A DNA stretch of 64,000 nucleotides from a bacterium. GTDB taxonomy: Bacteria; Calditrichota; Calditrichia; RBG-13-44-9. Where the stretch lies: positions 3,624,381 through 3,688,380 of the forward strand of contig CP070707.1 in the NCBI GenBank assembly GCA_020350205.1, read 5' to 3'. This document shows positions 50,324 through 60,387 of the stretch, piece by piece (the stretch's first letter is position 1; each line of letters starts with the position of its first letter). A program made the translations under genes and the position numbers. The notes beneath the pieces are model-generated. The model ran no database searches and was not told the DNA's origin. It was given only the letters and a program-made list of their open reading frames with translations.

Positions 50324-52065
50324 GACATCAGGCCTCTTCAATATTAATGCCATGGTTTGTGATCCTGGGGGTGCAGTTATTGTTCAGCCAGGAACCGGTT
50401 GATTCTCTGCAAAGCAGCCGTCCCCAGAAGGAACTTCCACAGATTCAATTGCAGGAATATACCATTGTCGGTCTGGCGAAAATCAGCCTTCCCCGTAAAA
50501 TCCGTACTCAGGTATTCCAGGACGTGGATATTGAATGGAGCGATAATCATAATCTCTATACCAAGGAATTGCCGGCTATTACTTTTCAGTTTTCGCGAGT
50601 CAAGCCCTCACTTTTTCAGTTATATGAATTTCCCTGGCTGAATTCTAAAATTCATTACGGTTCCTACAACGAAGCAGGCGTGATGGTAAACATGCAGTTC
50701 AAAGCCAACCGGACTCTACCCTATTTTTCTGCACAATTTCTCCGGAGTGACGGGCACCTGGATAATGCCCAGTGGACCGGTGTAGGCTTGCAGGCGGGAG
50801 TTCATCATAATTTTACCGCCGGCCATTTACTTCATGTGAGTACGGCTTACCAGGCTGATAAACGAGGCATCTGGCGAGATTATGAAACATACCAGCAAGA
50901 CTGGGAGGTACAGACGGTCTTCTGGGATTTAAATGCCGCTCTGGAGAATCGCTGGAATAACAGCCTGATTACAAACCTGACGGGCAGCTTTTACCTGGAT
51001 GAGCAGGAAAATGCGTTTAAATATGAGGATCAGGGTTTCAACCTGCTGGGGACTGCGGATTTTTTTATTAAGGAGACGAAACTGGGATTCACCGGCGGAT
51101 ATGAATCAATTGATATATCAAGCGCTGCGGGAAATCTAAGGCAGGATTCTTCTGACACTGAGCTGCTTAGTGAATACAAGTCATCCATCCTTGCCGGAAA
51201 ATTTGATATCACACAGCCCTTGACCATTGCTGCCGTTAAAGCGGGTGTCAGCTATCAAAAAAGTACTGAAAAGGATGTTAGAAGCATCAGCGAAGAAACG
51301 GAGAAAGAATATATAAATCCCTTCGCGTCGGTCGAGATCGGCATGCCTGGAAATATTAAGTTTTATGGCAGATACCGGCCCGGTGCGAAAATCCAGCGGC
51401 TTCGTCAGAATATCAGGTTAATACCTTTTAGCGATTTGAATGGTCTGAGAGTTGCCAATTATAAATCACGCTGGGAAGCCGGATTTGATCTGGATGTACC
51501 GTATCATATTAATTTGAGTGTCATCAGCCGCTTTTCGACGGTTGAAAACCAGGCCACAGTTGTTAATCCCGCAGATTCATTGACAGCCGTTTTTGATCAA
51601 GGAGGCTACCCGGGATGGATTTTTGGTACTGTTGACGAAACCAAGATTTGGGAGTTGTATGGTAAAATTGACTGGAACGTGTCATCACGAATGGAAATCC
51701 TGGGCTGGGCAAATTACCGGCAATCTGATATTCGAAATGCCGGTGTGCGGACGGAAATCGTTCAGGGAAATGAACTTCCCTATTTCTCCAAACTTGGCGG
51801 TTATGGACATTTGCGCTGGAAATTTTATGGAGATCATAGAATTACGGTATCAGCCGAATACACCGGGGAGCGCTATGATGATCTTCAGAACCAACATTCC
51901 GTGGGAGATTACTTTCTGCTCAATACCCGTCTAGACCTCCAGCTGAATCCCAATTTCACTTTTTTTCTTGGTGGGAATAATTTGTTGAATCTTACGTATG
52001 AAATTTACCGGGGTTTTGAGGCACCGGGGGTGACTGGTTACGCCGGTCTCAAAATCGTAATGTAG
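50320..52065 (+). CDS. Hypothetical outer-membrane beta-barrel protein
   Basis: Signal peptide, then an amphipathic beta-strand-rich sequence. Its ATG overlaps the TPR stop (ATGA). No plug or TonB-box recognised, so not a canonical TonB-dependent transporter. Confidence 0.5.
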   Translation: MRHQASSILMPWFVILGVQLLFSQEPVDSLQSSRPQKELPQIQLQEYTIVGLAKISLPRKIRTQVFQDVDIEWSDNHNLYTKELPAITFQFSRVKPSLFQLYEFPWLNSKIHYGSYNEAGVMVNMQFKANRTLPYFSAQFLRSDGHLDNAQWTGVGLQAGVHHNFTAGHLLHVSTAYQADKRGIWRDYETYQQDWEVQTVFWDLNAALENRWNNSLITNLTGSFYLDEQENAFKYEDQGFNLLGTADFFIKETKLGFTGGYESIDISSAAGNLRQDSSDTELLSEYKSSILAGKFDITQPLTIAAVKAGVSYQKSTEKDVRSISEETEKEYINPFASVEIGMPGNIKFYGRYRPGAKIQRLRQNIRLIPFSDLNGLRVANYKSRWEAGFDLDVPYHINLSVISRFSTVENQATVVNPADSLTAVFDQGGYPGWIFGTVDETKIWELYGKIDWNVSSRMEILGWANYRQSDIRNAGVRTEIVQGNELPYFSKLGGYGHLRWKFYGDHRITVSAEYTGERYDDLQNQHSVGDYFLLNTRLDLQLNPNFTFFLGGNNLLNLTYEIYRGFEAPGVTGYAGLKIVM

Positions 52066-52119
52066 AACAATATATAATCAAAATATTCACCTGTTCATCT
52101 TTGAATATCAGGAGGTTTT

Positions 52120-52764
52120 ATGAGTCTTTTTTCAGTACTGGCTAAAGGCGGCTGGTTAATGATATTTATCGGTATATTCTCTCTGATTGCTGTGGGAATT
52201 TTTATCGAGCGCTTAATGGTGTTACGAAGGGCAAAGATTAATTTAAATGCGTTCTTAATAAAAATTCGTCAATATCTCAATAAACGAGATTATGAAAATG
52301 CCCTCATGGTGTGTTCCAATACGCAGGGTCCCATTTCGAAAGTTCTGGAAAAAGGGATACGACTCCGGGGACAGAGCCGCGAAGAGATTAAAGATGCGAT
52401 TGAGAGCGCCGGACGGGCAGAAATCTATCAGCTGGAAAAAGGATTTGCTGCCCTGGCTACTATTTCCGGTGTGGCACCTCTTACCGGATTTTTAGGAACA
52501 GTTACCGGAATGATTCAGGCATTTATGCGGATTCAGGAACTGGGGGGTAATGTGAATGCCACCGTACTGGCCGGTGGAATCTGGGAAGCGCTGATTACCA
52601 CCGCTGCCGGATTACTGGTTGGAATTCTGACTTTGCTTGCCTATAACTATCTGGTTACCAAAGTACAGCGCCTGGTTTTCGAATTGGAAGTAAGTTCAAC
52701 CAATCTGTTAGAGTTACTGACCGGTGCCAATCATAATAAAGAGGAGAGTAGTGATGAAGTTTGA
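52120..52764 (+). CDS. MotA/TolQ/ExbB proton-channel family protein
   Basis: 3 TM helices with the conserved TolQ/ExbB C-terminal region (LATISGVAPLTGFLGTVTGMIQAF...TTAAGLLVGI). Confidence 0.85.
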   Translation: MSLFSVLAKGGWLMIFIGIFSLIAVGIFIERLMVLRRAKINLNAFLIKIRQYLNKRDYENALMVCSNTQGPISKVLEKGIRLRGQSREEIKDAIESAGRAEIYQLEKGFAALATISGVAPLTGFLGTVTGMIQAFMRIQELGGNVNATVLAGGIWEALITTAAGLLVGILTLLAYNYLVTKVQRLVFELEVSSTNLLELLTGANHNKEESSDEV

Positions 52765-53164
52765 AACGGAAAGCAAGTTTCTCAGCACTTTCAGCTTCTC
52801 TTCGCTCACCGATATTGTGTTGTTGCTGCTCATATTTTTCTTGTTGTCTTCTTCATTCATCATTCAACCGGGTATTAAAGTCCAGCTTCCGCGTACGGAA
52901 ACCGCGGCAGTCCATAGCGAAAAAAGCATTTATATAACGGTAACCCGTGCCGGATCAATTTATTTAAATGATAGTCAGGTATCACTGGGAAAATTAGGCG
53001 GAGAGTTGCGCCGTTTTATTGTCAGTGGTGAAAAACAGGTTATCGTGCTTCGGGCGGACAAAGAGGTAAAACTGGACCTGGCAGTGAAAGTTATGGATGT
53101 CTGCAAGGCAGCCGGGGCCGAAAAGTTCCTGATCGGGACCCAACCATTGCAATCCGAACCCTAG
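52754..53164 (+). CDS. ExbD/TolR biopolymer transport protein
   Basis: N-terminal signal anchor with the conserved D in LTDIVLLLLIFFL and a periplasmic ExbD fold. Overlaps the exbB-like stop. Confidence 0.8.
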   Translation: MKFETESKFLSTFSFSSLTDIVLLLLIFFLLSSSFIIQPGIKVQLPRTETAAVHSEKSIYITVTRAGSIYLNDSQVSLGKLGGELRRFIVSGEKQVIVLRADKEVKLDLAVKVMDVCKAAGAEKFLIGTQPLQSEP

Positions 53165-53218
53165 GTCACTGAAAACGTATAAACTTTAAAAGTGAATTAA
53201 AAGAGAATCGAACGCATC

Positions 53219-54010
53219 ATGTGGAAAAGGCTCTTAAAGGATGAAAAAGTTATGTCCGTTACCGGAACGGTTTTTGTCCATGGAATCCTGGTTATCCTGT
53301 TTATCCTGATCCAAATTAATTTCCGTCCGGTGATAGAAGAGTTTGCAGAAGTTACCTTCTCGGGAGGCTTCCTGGCCGCTTCCAGGGAAGTGCCGGTACC
53401 CAAGGAAGAGCAAATTCCAGAGGAAATTGTTGAGCAGGCAGAAGTCACTCCGCCGCTACCGGAGGAAATTGAATTACCAGAGCGTCGCCAGCTGGATCTG
53501 AACGAAGAAGAACTTATTGAAAAAGTGCAACCGGAGCCCGAAAAATTGCTCAACCCCGGGGATGTAATCAAGCAGACTCCGGTGACAACCCCACCCTTAC
53601 CCCAGACGCAGAGCACCGGACCGGCCTTTTCCAGGCAGGAGAAACAGGTGGAGAAGGGAATTTTCCAAAAGCAATTGGATGAAAAACTTATGGAAGGCAC
53701 CCAGAAAATACAAATGGATGCGAATCGTGAGTTTGAAATCGACTGGGGGGGGGAAATTGAGCGGGAAGTCTATCAGAAACGCTTACCGGAATTTCCACCT
53801 GATGTTCAGAGAGAGGCAACCATTAAAATTCAGTTTAGCGTGTTACCGAATGGACTGGTGGGATCGGCGGTACTTCGTCAAAAAGGGGATACCAAACTGG
53901 AAAATCTTACCCTAGAGGCATTTAAAACCTGGAGATTCAGCCCTTTGCCCGATTATGTTGAGCAGGTTGCACAGAATGGGGTGATTACTTTCCGGTTCAA
54001 ACTTCAATAA
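53219..54010 (+). CDS. TonB/TolA-like energy transducer (TonB C-terminal domain protein)
   Basis: N-terminal TM. Pro/Glu-rich spacer (PPLPEEIELPE, TPPLPQT). C-terminal TonB_C-like domain. 263 aa. Confidence 0.75.
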   Translation: MWKRLLKDEKVMSVTGTVFVHGILVILFILIQINFRPVIEEFAEVTFSGGFLAASREVPVPKEEQIPEEIVEQAEVTPPLPEEIELPERRQLDLNEEELIEKVQPEPEKLLNPGDVIKQTPVTTPPLPQTQSTGPAFSRQEKQVEKGIFQKQLDEKLMEGTQKIQMDANREFEIDWGGEIEREVYQKRLPEFPPDVQREATIKIQFSVLPNGLVGSAVLRQKGDTKLENLTLEAFKTWRFSPLPDYVEQVAQNGVITFRFKLQ

Positions 54011-54041
54011 CCAGAAAACAGGAAATGGACAGAAGCCTGCC

Positions 54042-54935
54042 TCAATGAGTGGCCCCGAAATTAAAGGCGAAGCCAATCCAGGGGAAAAAGGGAAATCCCT
54101 CAGTATCTGCTCCGGCCGGGTGGATTAATCCGAAATCCGCCGCTAAGTTTTCCCCAAAAAATCGCAGACCGAACGAAACGATCTGATATTCACTGTCCGG
54201 AATAAACCAGTTTTCGGTAATAAAAGCTACCGAGTTGGAGCTTCGGAGTTCAGCCCCGACGGCAAATACCGGTTTATCTGCCACATCCCCCCCGCTGAAA
54301 CCGAAACCTATACCCACGGTCAGGGAGGCAGACTGATTTCCGTATGTCCCCACGCCATAGAAGATTCCGGCGTTATCCTCTTCATTGGGAATGAAAATAT
54401 ACAGTACTCCGCCGGATAAATCGAATTTACCCAGTTGTATGGGAGTAATTTTAGGAGCCAGATAAAAAAGCTGCTCGGAAGAACCGGGGAACAGGCTGAG
54501 CCCTCCGGCTAAAGCCAGGAAGTCGGTCACGCCAACCGCGATGAAGGGAAAGAAAATTTCGTATACCGAGAAATAACCCTGTCCTGCTTTCAGTGCCCTG
54601 CCGGTAGGGGCAAAGAAGAGTCTGGTGCGGTTGGGATCGGAACGCCAGACTTTTCCTTCCACCACCTTGGCACTACTGATATCTCTTTTTGCAATGCGGT
54701 CCTTCTGAATGGTCACGTCAAGTTCGGAAACGGTCCGGAATTGAATAGATGTTTCATCTTCCGATATAATCGTTCCCATGAGTACTGAACCATCGGTAAG
54801 TTCTATCCGGTAGAGAACGGTCTGGGTGCTGTCTGGCCCGGCAGTTAAAAAATTAGGCAGGATTAAAATAAGGTAAATAGCTAAAATACTTGCAATCGGG
54901 AATTTATTCATTTCTTTCCCTTCAATTTTTGTCAA
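54042..54935 (-). CDS. Hypothetical outer-membrane or secreted protein
   Basis: Signal peptide. Gly/aromatic-rich beta-strand pattern at the C-terminus. No family recognised. Confidence 0.45.
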   Translation of the reverse strand: MTKIEGKEMNKFPIASILAIYLILILPNFLTAGPDSTQTVLYRIELTDGSVLMGTIISEDETSIQFRTVSELDVTIQKDRIAKRDISSAKVVEGKVWRSDPNRTRLFFAPTGRALKAGQGYFSVYEIFFPFIAVGVTDFLALAGGLSLFPGSSEQLFYLAPKITPIQLGKFDLSGGVLYIFIPNEEDNAGIFYGVGTYGNQSASLTVGIGFGFSGGDVADKPVFAVGAELRSSNSVAFITENWFIPDSEYQIVSFGLRFFGENLAADFGLIHPAGADTEGFPFFPWIGFAFNFGATH

Positions 54936-55127
54936 GTTTCAGAGAATATTAATTAATCTATTATATTTTTAGCAAGGTAATTATTCAGGGGGAGAAAATT
55001 ATTCTTGCTGAAGGTGTTTGTTTTAATGTTGCATTGGTTTAGCCGGGTGAATATGGAAAAGGATTTTTTCTTACAACCTTTTTCATTACTTTGACGTAGA
55101 TATGTTCACTGAATCTATGCGTGTCCT

Positions 55128-56240
55128 ATGAAACGATCTGGTCCCAAAAAGGAAAACTGGAAAAACCTGAAGCGATTTTACCAGCTTTATAAAAGTGATC
55201 TTAGTATGGCAGAAATAGAGCGGCTGGTTAAACGGGATGTTCCCGGGATATACGAATTCTATTCGCGCGATATGGAAAAGCCGGATCAGAATCGGAACTG
55301 GCTATTCCGCACCCTGATCTTCATACGTAACTTCTTCCTCACTTTTCTGTTAAAGTTAACGGCTGCCCGCAGGCTGTTTTATTCAATTGCTATCGCGTTA
55401 TTCTTCTACGGATTAGTCGTGGGGCTAATCAACTGGATGTTTATATCTTTCCTGATTTTGAATATTCTCCTGGCGCTGGAGGTCGCTGATAAAATAATGG
55501 CAAAGGATGAACTGGAAGTCGCCCGGGAAATCCAGATGGGTCTCATGCCGGCATCCGCTCCTGCGGATATCCCTTGTGAAATTGCCTGTTTCTCAGAACC
55601 CGCCCGGGAGGTAGGGGGAGATTATTATGATTTTATTCGTCCCCGTCGGAACGGGAAAGACACCTACATGGTCATCGGCGATGTCAAGGGAAAAGGTATG
55701 GGAGCAGCTCTTTACATGGTCAGGGTCCAGGCACTGTTACAATATTTAGCGGAAACATATCAGCAACCCGCTGAAATTCTGGTGGAATTGAATAAAAATA
55801 TTCGCAAGATTATGCAGGCTGATTATTTTATCAGTCTGTCCATTACGCGGGTACACTCATCCGGAAATTTTACGCTAGCCAGGGCAGGACACATGCCACT
55901 GATTTACTATAATGCGAAAAGCAGGGAGCTGAAAGAACTTGAACCATCCGGCATGGCGGTTGGGCTGGAAAATAATGGACGATTTGAGGAAACTATTGAG
56001 GAATTAAGTTTACGCCCGGGTTCTGGAGATATCCTGGTTTATTATACTGATGGAGTGGTTGAAACCATGGATGAAGAGCAAAATCAATTTGGAGCACCCG
56101 CCTTGAATAAAATAATTCAAAAAACTATCCACCTCTCGGCACCAGAAATTAAGGAAGCTATTCTGAAGGATGTCGCCCGCTTCCGGAGTAAAGCCGCACC
56201 CCAGGATGACCTATCCCTAATTGTCGTAAAAGTAAAATAA
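55128..56240 (+). CDS. PP2C-family Ser/Thr phosphatase (SpoIIE/RsbU-like) with N-terminal membrane anchor
   Basis: Two TM helices, then a PPM domain with metal-binding motifs GGDYYDF, VIGDVKGKGMGAALYM, YTDGVVE. Confidence 0.8.
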   Translation: MKRSGPKKENWKNLKRFYQLYKSDLSMAEIERLVKRDVPGIYEFYSRDMEKPDQNRNWLFRTLIFIRNFFLTFLLKLTAARRLFYSIAIALFFYGLVVGLINWMFISFLILNILLALEVADKIMAKDELEVAREIQMGLMPASAPADIPCEIACFSEPAREVGGDYYDFIRPRRNGKDTYMVIGDVKGKGMGAALYMVRVQALLQYLAETYQQPAEILVELNKNIRKIMQADYFISLSITRVHSSGNFTLARAGHMPLIYYNAKSRELKELEPSGMAVGLENNGRFEETIEELSLRPGSGDILVYYTDGVVETMDEEQNQFGAPALNKIIQKTIHLSAPEIKEAILKDVARFRSKAAPQDDLSLIVVKVK

Positions 56241-56469
56241 TATGTAATTTCCCTCGAAAATACTTATCTCAATTCTTTGTGAATGAATAAAATATTTTAT
56301 GTATTTAAGCCTGAATTGTCATATCTTTCAGGGTAAATTGGGAAGGTAACGTATTTGCCCAAAAGTACGGAATCGGATCCTTTCGATCTATGATGAGCGC
56401 ACCTCAAATCAGATTTTATCATGTATATTTGTGAAAAGTAAATAAATACATGACAGGATTGATTTTCCC

Positions 56470-58800
56470 ATGTCAATGGAGTCGTCCTGTCAGGGTCAGA
56501 GCAAAAAACGTAATGATGGTTTTCTTCTTTGGATGAGTGACTCTATGGATCTGAAACCCGGTCAAAAAATCTTTCACTATCAGCTGCTGGAACAGTTAGG
56601 ATCCGGGGGAATGGCGGTGGTGTATAAGGCGCTGGATGAAAAGCTGGATCGCCCGGTAGCCCTAAAGTTTTTACCGCTGCAGGCGGGAATTCAGGAACGT
56701 GAAAAGCAGCGATTTATTCTGGAAGCAAAGACCGCTTCGGCGCTGGACCATCCAAACATTTGCACAATTTATGAAATTAACGAAACTGAGCGCGGACAGG
56801 TTTTTATTTCCATGGCCTTCTACGAGGGTGAAACCCTCAAAGACAAAATAGAGCGAGGTCCCCTATCAGTAAAGGAGACCCTTCATATCATCCGGCAGGT
56901 TTGCCTGGGCCTTCAGAAGGCGCATGACAAAGGAATCGTACATCGCGATATAAAACCTGCCAATATCATGGTAACCACTGACGGGGTAGTTAAAATTCTG
57001 GATTTTGGGGTGGCAAAATTTCAGCATAAAATTCATGTTACTCAACCGGGGACAGTGATCGGAACCCCGGGATACATGGCCCCCGAGCAGGCTGCGGGGA
57101 AAGAAGTGGATCATCGGGTGGATTTGTGGGCTGCCGGAATACTCCTGTTCGAAATGCTGACAGCTCATTTACCCTTTGAAGGCGACAATGACCTGGCGGT
57201 TATGTATGCGATTGTGAATGAAAATCCCCTGTCTTTAAATTCCTTCAGGGCACAAGATTCCTCCGCATTGCAGCAGATTTTGAATCATGCCCTGGAAAAG
57301 GAGCCTGATCGGCGCTATCAGAATATGCAGGATCTTATGAACGATCTGGAATCCCTGGAGCAAAAACCTTCGGTAGCCCCGGAGACCAGGCAAACGGTAA
57401 TTTCTGTTCCCAGTACTCCCTCAATAGCGGTCCTGCCGTTGATCGATTTAAGCCCCGATCGTGACCAGGAATATTTTTGTGACGGCCTCGCCGAAGAAAT
57501 TATAAACGCCCTGACTCGTATCAAGGATCTGAAAGTTATCTCCCGGAATTCTGCATTTCAGTTTAAGGGTGAGAATCTGGATATTTCTCAAATCGGACGG
57601 CGACTGGGCGTCCAGAAAGTTTTGGAGGGAAGCTTGCGAAAAGGGGGTGATCGTATTCGGGTTACCGTGCGCCTGATCAATGTTTCGGATGGCTTTTTGA
57701 TCTGGGCGGATGATTATGAACGGGAACTGGAGGATATTTTTGCCATTCAGGATGATATTGCCCGCTCGATTGTGAACAATTTGAAGATTAAACTCATCGA
57801 TATCAGTGAGACCCAACTTCTCAAGAAATATACTGACAATGTTGAAGCCTTTTCGGCTTATCTTCAGGGGCGCTTTTTCTGGAATAAACGTACCGCTGAT
57901 TCCCTGGAGAAGAGTATCGAATATTTTAACCAGGCCATTCAGTTAGACTCTCAGTATGCACTTGCCTATGCCGGACTGGCCGATGCCTATATTGTGCTCG
58001 GTCTTTATGGTAAGTACGCTCTCCCGGATGTGATGCCCCAGGCATTGAAGGCGGTGAGGCAGGCTGAGGCGATTGACGATTCGTTGGCTGAAGCCCACAT
58101 TTCAGAAGGATGTATTCAGGCAATATATCAGTGGAATTGGGAAAGCTCTGAAAACCAGTTCAGAAAGGGGATTGAACTGAAACCGGAATATGCTCTGGGA
58201 CACCACTGGTATGCCATTAACTTTCTCACGCCCAGGGGACGATTTGAAGAGGCACAGAAGAGCATCAATCAGGCCCTCGAATCGGAACCACTTTCGCTGG
58301 TGATTCATTCGACCATCGGATTGATTCATTATTTTAACCGGCGATATGAACAGGCCATCCGGCACCTCGAAAAAACACTTCTACTTGATCCGAATTATCC
58401 CGTAACGCACTTTTTCCTGGGGCGGGCCCTGGTGCAGGCAGCAAAATTTCCGGAAGCAATGGATCACCTCCAGCAAGCACTAAAATTTTTCGGAGACAGT
58501 ACCAATATGCTGGCGACCTTCGCCCATGCGGCTGCTTTGGCCGGTAAAGAAGCAATTACCCACAAAATCCTTACCCAACTTCAGGAAATTTCACAACGCA
58601 TGTATGTTTCAAGCTATGATATCGCATCGATCTATGTCGGACTGGGCCAGACCGGGGAAGCCTTGACCTGGCTGGAAAAAGCGCTGCAGGAGCGTGCCTA
58701 TCTTCTGATTTACCTGGAGGTGGATCCCATCATGGATCCATTGCGCAAGGAGAAACGTTTTCAGGAATTGGTTGAACAGATCTTTTCAAAAGACTCTTAA
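56470..58800 (+). CDS. Ser/Thr protein kinase with a TolB-N-like region and C-terminal TPR repeats
   Basis: Hanks kinase motifs GSGGMAVVYKA, VALK, HRDIKPANIM, DFGVAK, GTPGYMAPE. A TolB-N-like segment (AVLPL...DGLAEEIINALTR). Then TPR repeats. Confidence 0.85.
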   Translation: MSMESSCQGQSKKRNDGFLLWMSDSMDLKPGQKIFHYQLLEQLGSGGMAVVYKALDEKLDRPVALKFLPLQAGIQEREKQRFILEAKTASALDHPNICTIYEINETERGQVFISMAFYEGETLKDKIERGPLSVKETLHIIRQVCLGLQKAHDKGIVHRDIKPANIMVTTDGVVKILDFGVAKFQHKIHVTQPGTVIGTPGYMAPEQAAGKEVDHRVDLWAAGILLFEMLTAHLPFEGDNDLAVMYAIVNENPLSLNSFRAQDSSALQQILNHALEKEPDRRYQNMQDLMNDLESLEQKPSVAPETRQTVISVPSTPSIAVLPLIDLSPDRDQEYFCDGLAEEIINALTRIKDLKVISRNSAFQFKGENLDISQIGRRLGVQKVLEGSLRKGGDRIRVTVRLINVSDGFLIWADDYERELEDIFAIQDDIARSIVNNLKIKLIDISETQLLKKYTDNVEAFSAYLQGRFFWNKRTADSLEKSIEYFNQAIQLDSQYALAYAGLADAYIVLGLYGKYALPDVMPQALKAVRQAEAIDDSLAEAHISEGCIQAIYQWNWESSENQFRKGIELKPEYALGHHWYAINFLTPRGRFEEAQKSINQALESEPLSLVIHSTIGLIHYFNRRYEQAIRHLEKTLLLDPNYPVTHFFLGRALVQAAKFPEAMDHLQQALKFFGDSTNMLATFAHAAALAGKEAITHKILTQLQEISQRMYVSSYDIASIYVGLGQTGEALTWLEKALQERAYLLIYLEVDPIMDPLRKEKRFQELVEQIFSKDS

Positions 58801-58884
58801 ATTTCTGTACCACTCATCCAATACAAAATTGTATATTCATTAAAGGGCACAGCTGCTCCAACAAGATTTTTATAATTTATATTT

Positions 58885-60387
58885 ATGACCAATAAAAAAA
58901 CAACCCCTGTTGGTGATCTTCCTCCAATTACCGTGACCGTTCAGGAAGCGGAAAGGAAATCCGTAACATACACGTTTAAAAAATTTTTTGCTATTGGCCG
59001 CGAGGATAGTTGCGAGGTCCAAGTTATGACCATGGGCGTCAGCCGCCGGCATGCTGAGGTTTATTTCGAAAAAGGACGCTGGTGGATTAAAGATTTGAAT
59101 AGTGCGAACGGGATTTATGTAAATGGTGAGAAAATCAAAAAAAGCCCACTGGGAAAATCTACCCGGGTGGAGTTGGGGGCTGAAGATGCTATTTTAATTT
59201 TTTCCGTAGCGGGCTTTTCCAGTGATGCCGCCACCATCGTGGAAAAGGAACCTTCAGTTACCCAGTATATTGAGCGATACTTTAAAAAAACGCCCGATAA
59301 AAAGGAAGGACATCACACCCAGATGATTCGGGGTGCTTTTCTGGAGGTTCAAAAAAAGCAGAAAAAGAAATATTTGATAATCATCGGAGCGGTGGTGCTG
59401 GTTGCGATAATGATCACGATTTACAGTGTTTTGCAACATCAGCAGGTTCAGAGACAAAAAGCATTGGCCGCCCAGATTTTTTACGCCATGAAATCCCTGG
59501 AATTGGAGCTTACCCGATTGGATAATCAGGCGGAACAAAATGGTAACCAGGCAGCGCTGGCTGAAATTACCAAAAGTAAAGTAAAACGGGATGAGTTGGT
59601 TCGGAGCTATAATCAATTACTGGATGAGTTACATTTCTATGAGAGTTCAAAATGGAGTGAGCAGGACCGGATCATTCTGCAGGTTGCCCGGAGTTTTGGA
59701 GAGTGCGAGCTGTTCATGCCGGAGGAATTTTTAAAGGAAGTACATCGTTACATCACAAAATGGAAAACCACCGACCGGCTCGAGAAAGCCCTATACCGGG
59801 CGGTGACCAATAATTATCATGAGACCATCACCCACATCATGCTGGAACACCATTTGACACCCCAGTTCTTCTATCTCGCGCTTCAGGAAAGTAGTTTTAA
59901 TGAACGAACCGTTGGGCCAAAAACCCGCTTCGGGATTGCCAAGGGGATCTGGCAATTTATTCCTGCCACCGCAGCCCGTTACGGATTAAAAAATGGTCCG
60001 CTGGCAGGAATCCGGCGCTACGATCCTAAGGATGAACGCTTTAATTTAAATAAAGCAACATATGCTGCTGCCCGTTATATCCGGGACATTTATGAAACCG
60101 AAGCTCAGGCCTCAGGATTGCTGGTCATTGCTTCCTATAACTGGGGGGAACGTAAAGTACGAGAGCTGCTTGCCAAGATGCCTCAGAATCCCCAGGAGAG
60201 GAATTTCTGGGAATTACTGAAACTGTACCGGCGGGAGATTCCACGCGAAACCTATAATTATGTCTTTTATATTGTTTCTGCCGCTGCTATTGGAGAGAAT
60301 CCGGGATTATTTGGATTCAGCTTTGAAAATCCCCTGATGCCATTCCTGGAACAACCGGCAGATTCATTGCTTAGTGAATCTTTTTAA
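58885..60387 (+). CDS. FHA-domain protein fused to a lytic transglycosylase (SLT) domain via a TM and coiled-coil linker
   Basis: N-terminal FHA (FAIGREDSCEVQV...SRRHAEVYFEKGRWWIKDLNSANGIYVNGEKI). A TM helix (LIIIGAVVLVAIMITIY) and a coiled coil. C-terminal SLT-like domain with a catalytic Glu context (ALQESSFNERTV...GIAKGIWQF). Confidence 0.75.
   Translation: MTNKKTTPVGDLPPITVTVQEAERKSVTYTFKKFFAIGREDSCEVQVMTMGVSRRHAEVYFEKGRWWIKDLNSANGIYVNGEKIKKSPLGKSTRVELGAEDAILIFSVAGFSSDAATIVEKEPSVTQYIERYFKKTPDKKEGHHTQMIRGAFLEVQKKQKKKYLIIIGAVVLVAIMITIYSVLQHQQVQRQKALAAQIFYAMKSLELELTRLDNQAEQNGNQAALAEITKSKVKRDELVRSYNQLLDELHFYESSKWSEQDRIILQVARSFGECELFMPEEFLKEVHRYITKWKTTDRLEKALYRAVTNNYHETITHIMLEHHLTPQFFYLALQESSFNERTVGPKTRFGIAKGIWQFIPATAARYGLKNGPLAGIRRYDPKDERFNLNKATYAAARYIRDIYETEAQASGLLVIASYNWGERKVRELLAKMPQNPQERNFWELLKLYRREIPRETYNYVFYIVSAAAIGENPGLFGFSFENPLMPFLEQPADSLLSESF

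Noticed and set aside
53197-53700. 167-aa Ser/Gly-rich minus-strand ORF
   Set aside because: It is antisense to the Pro/Glu-rich linker of the TonB-like gene, so it is a compositional artefact.
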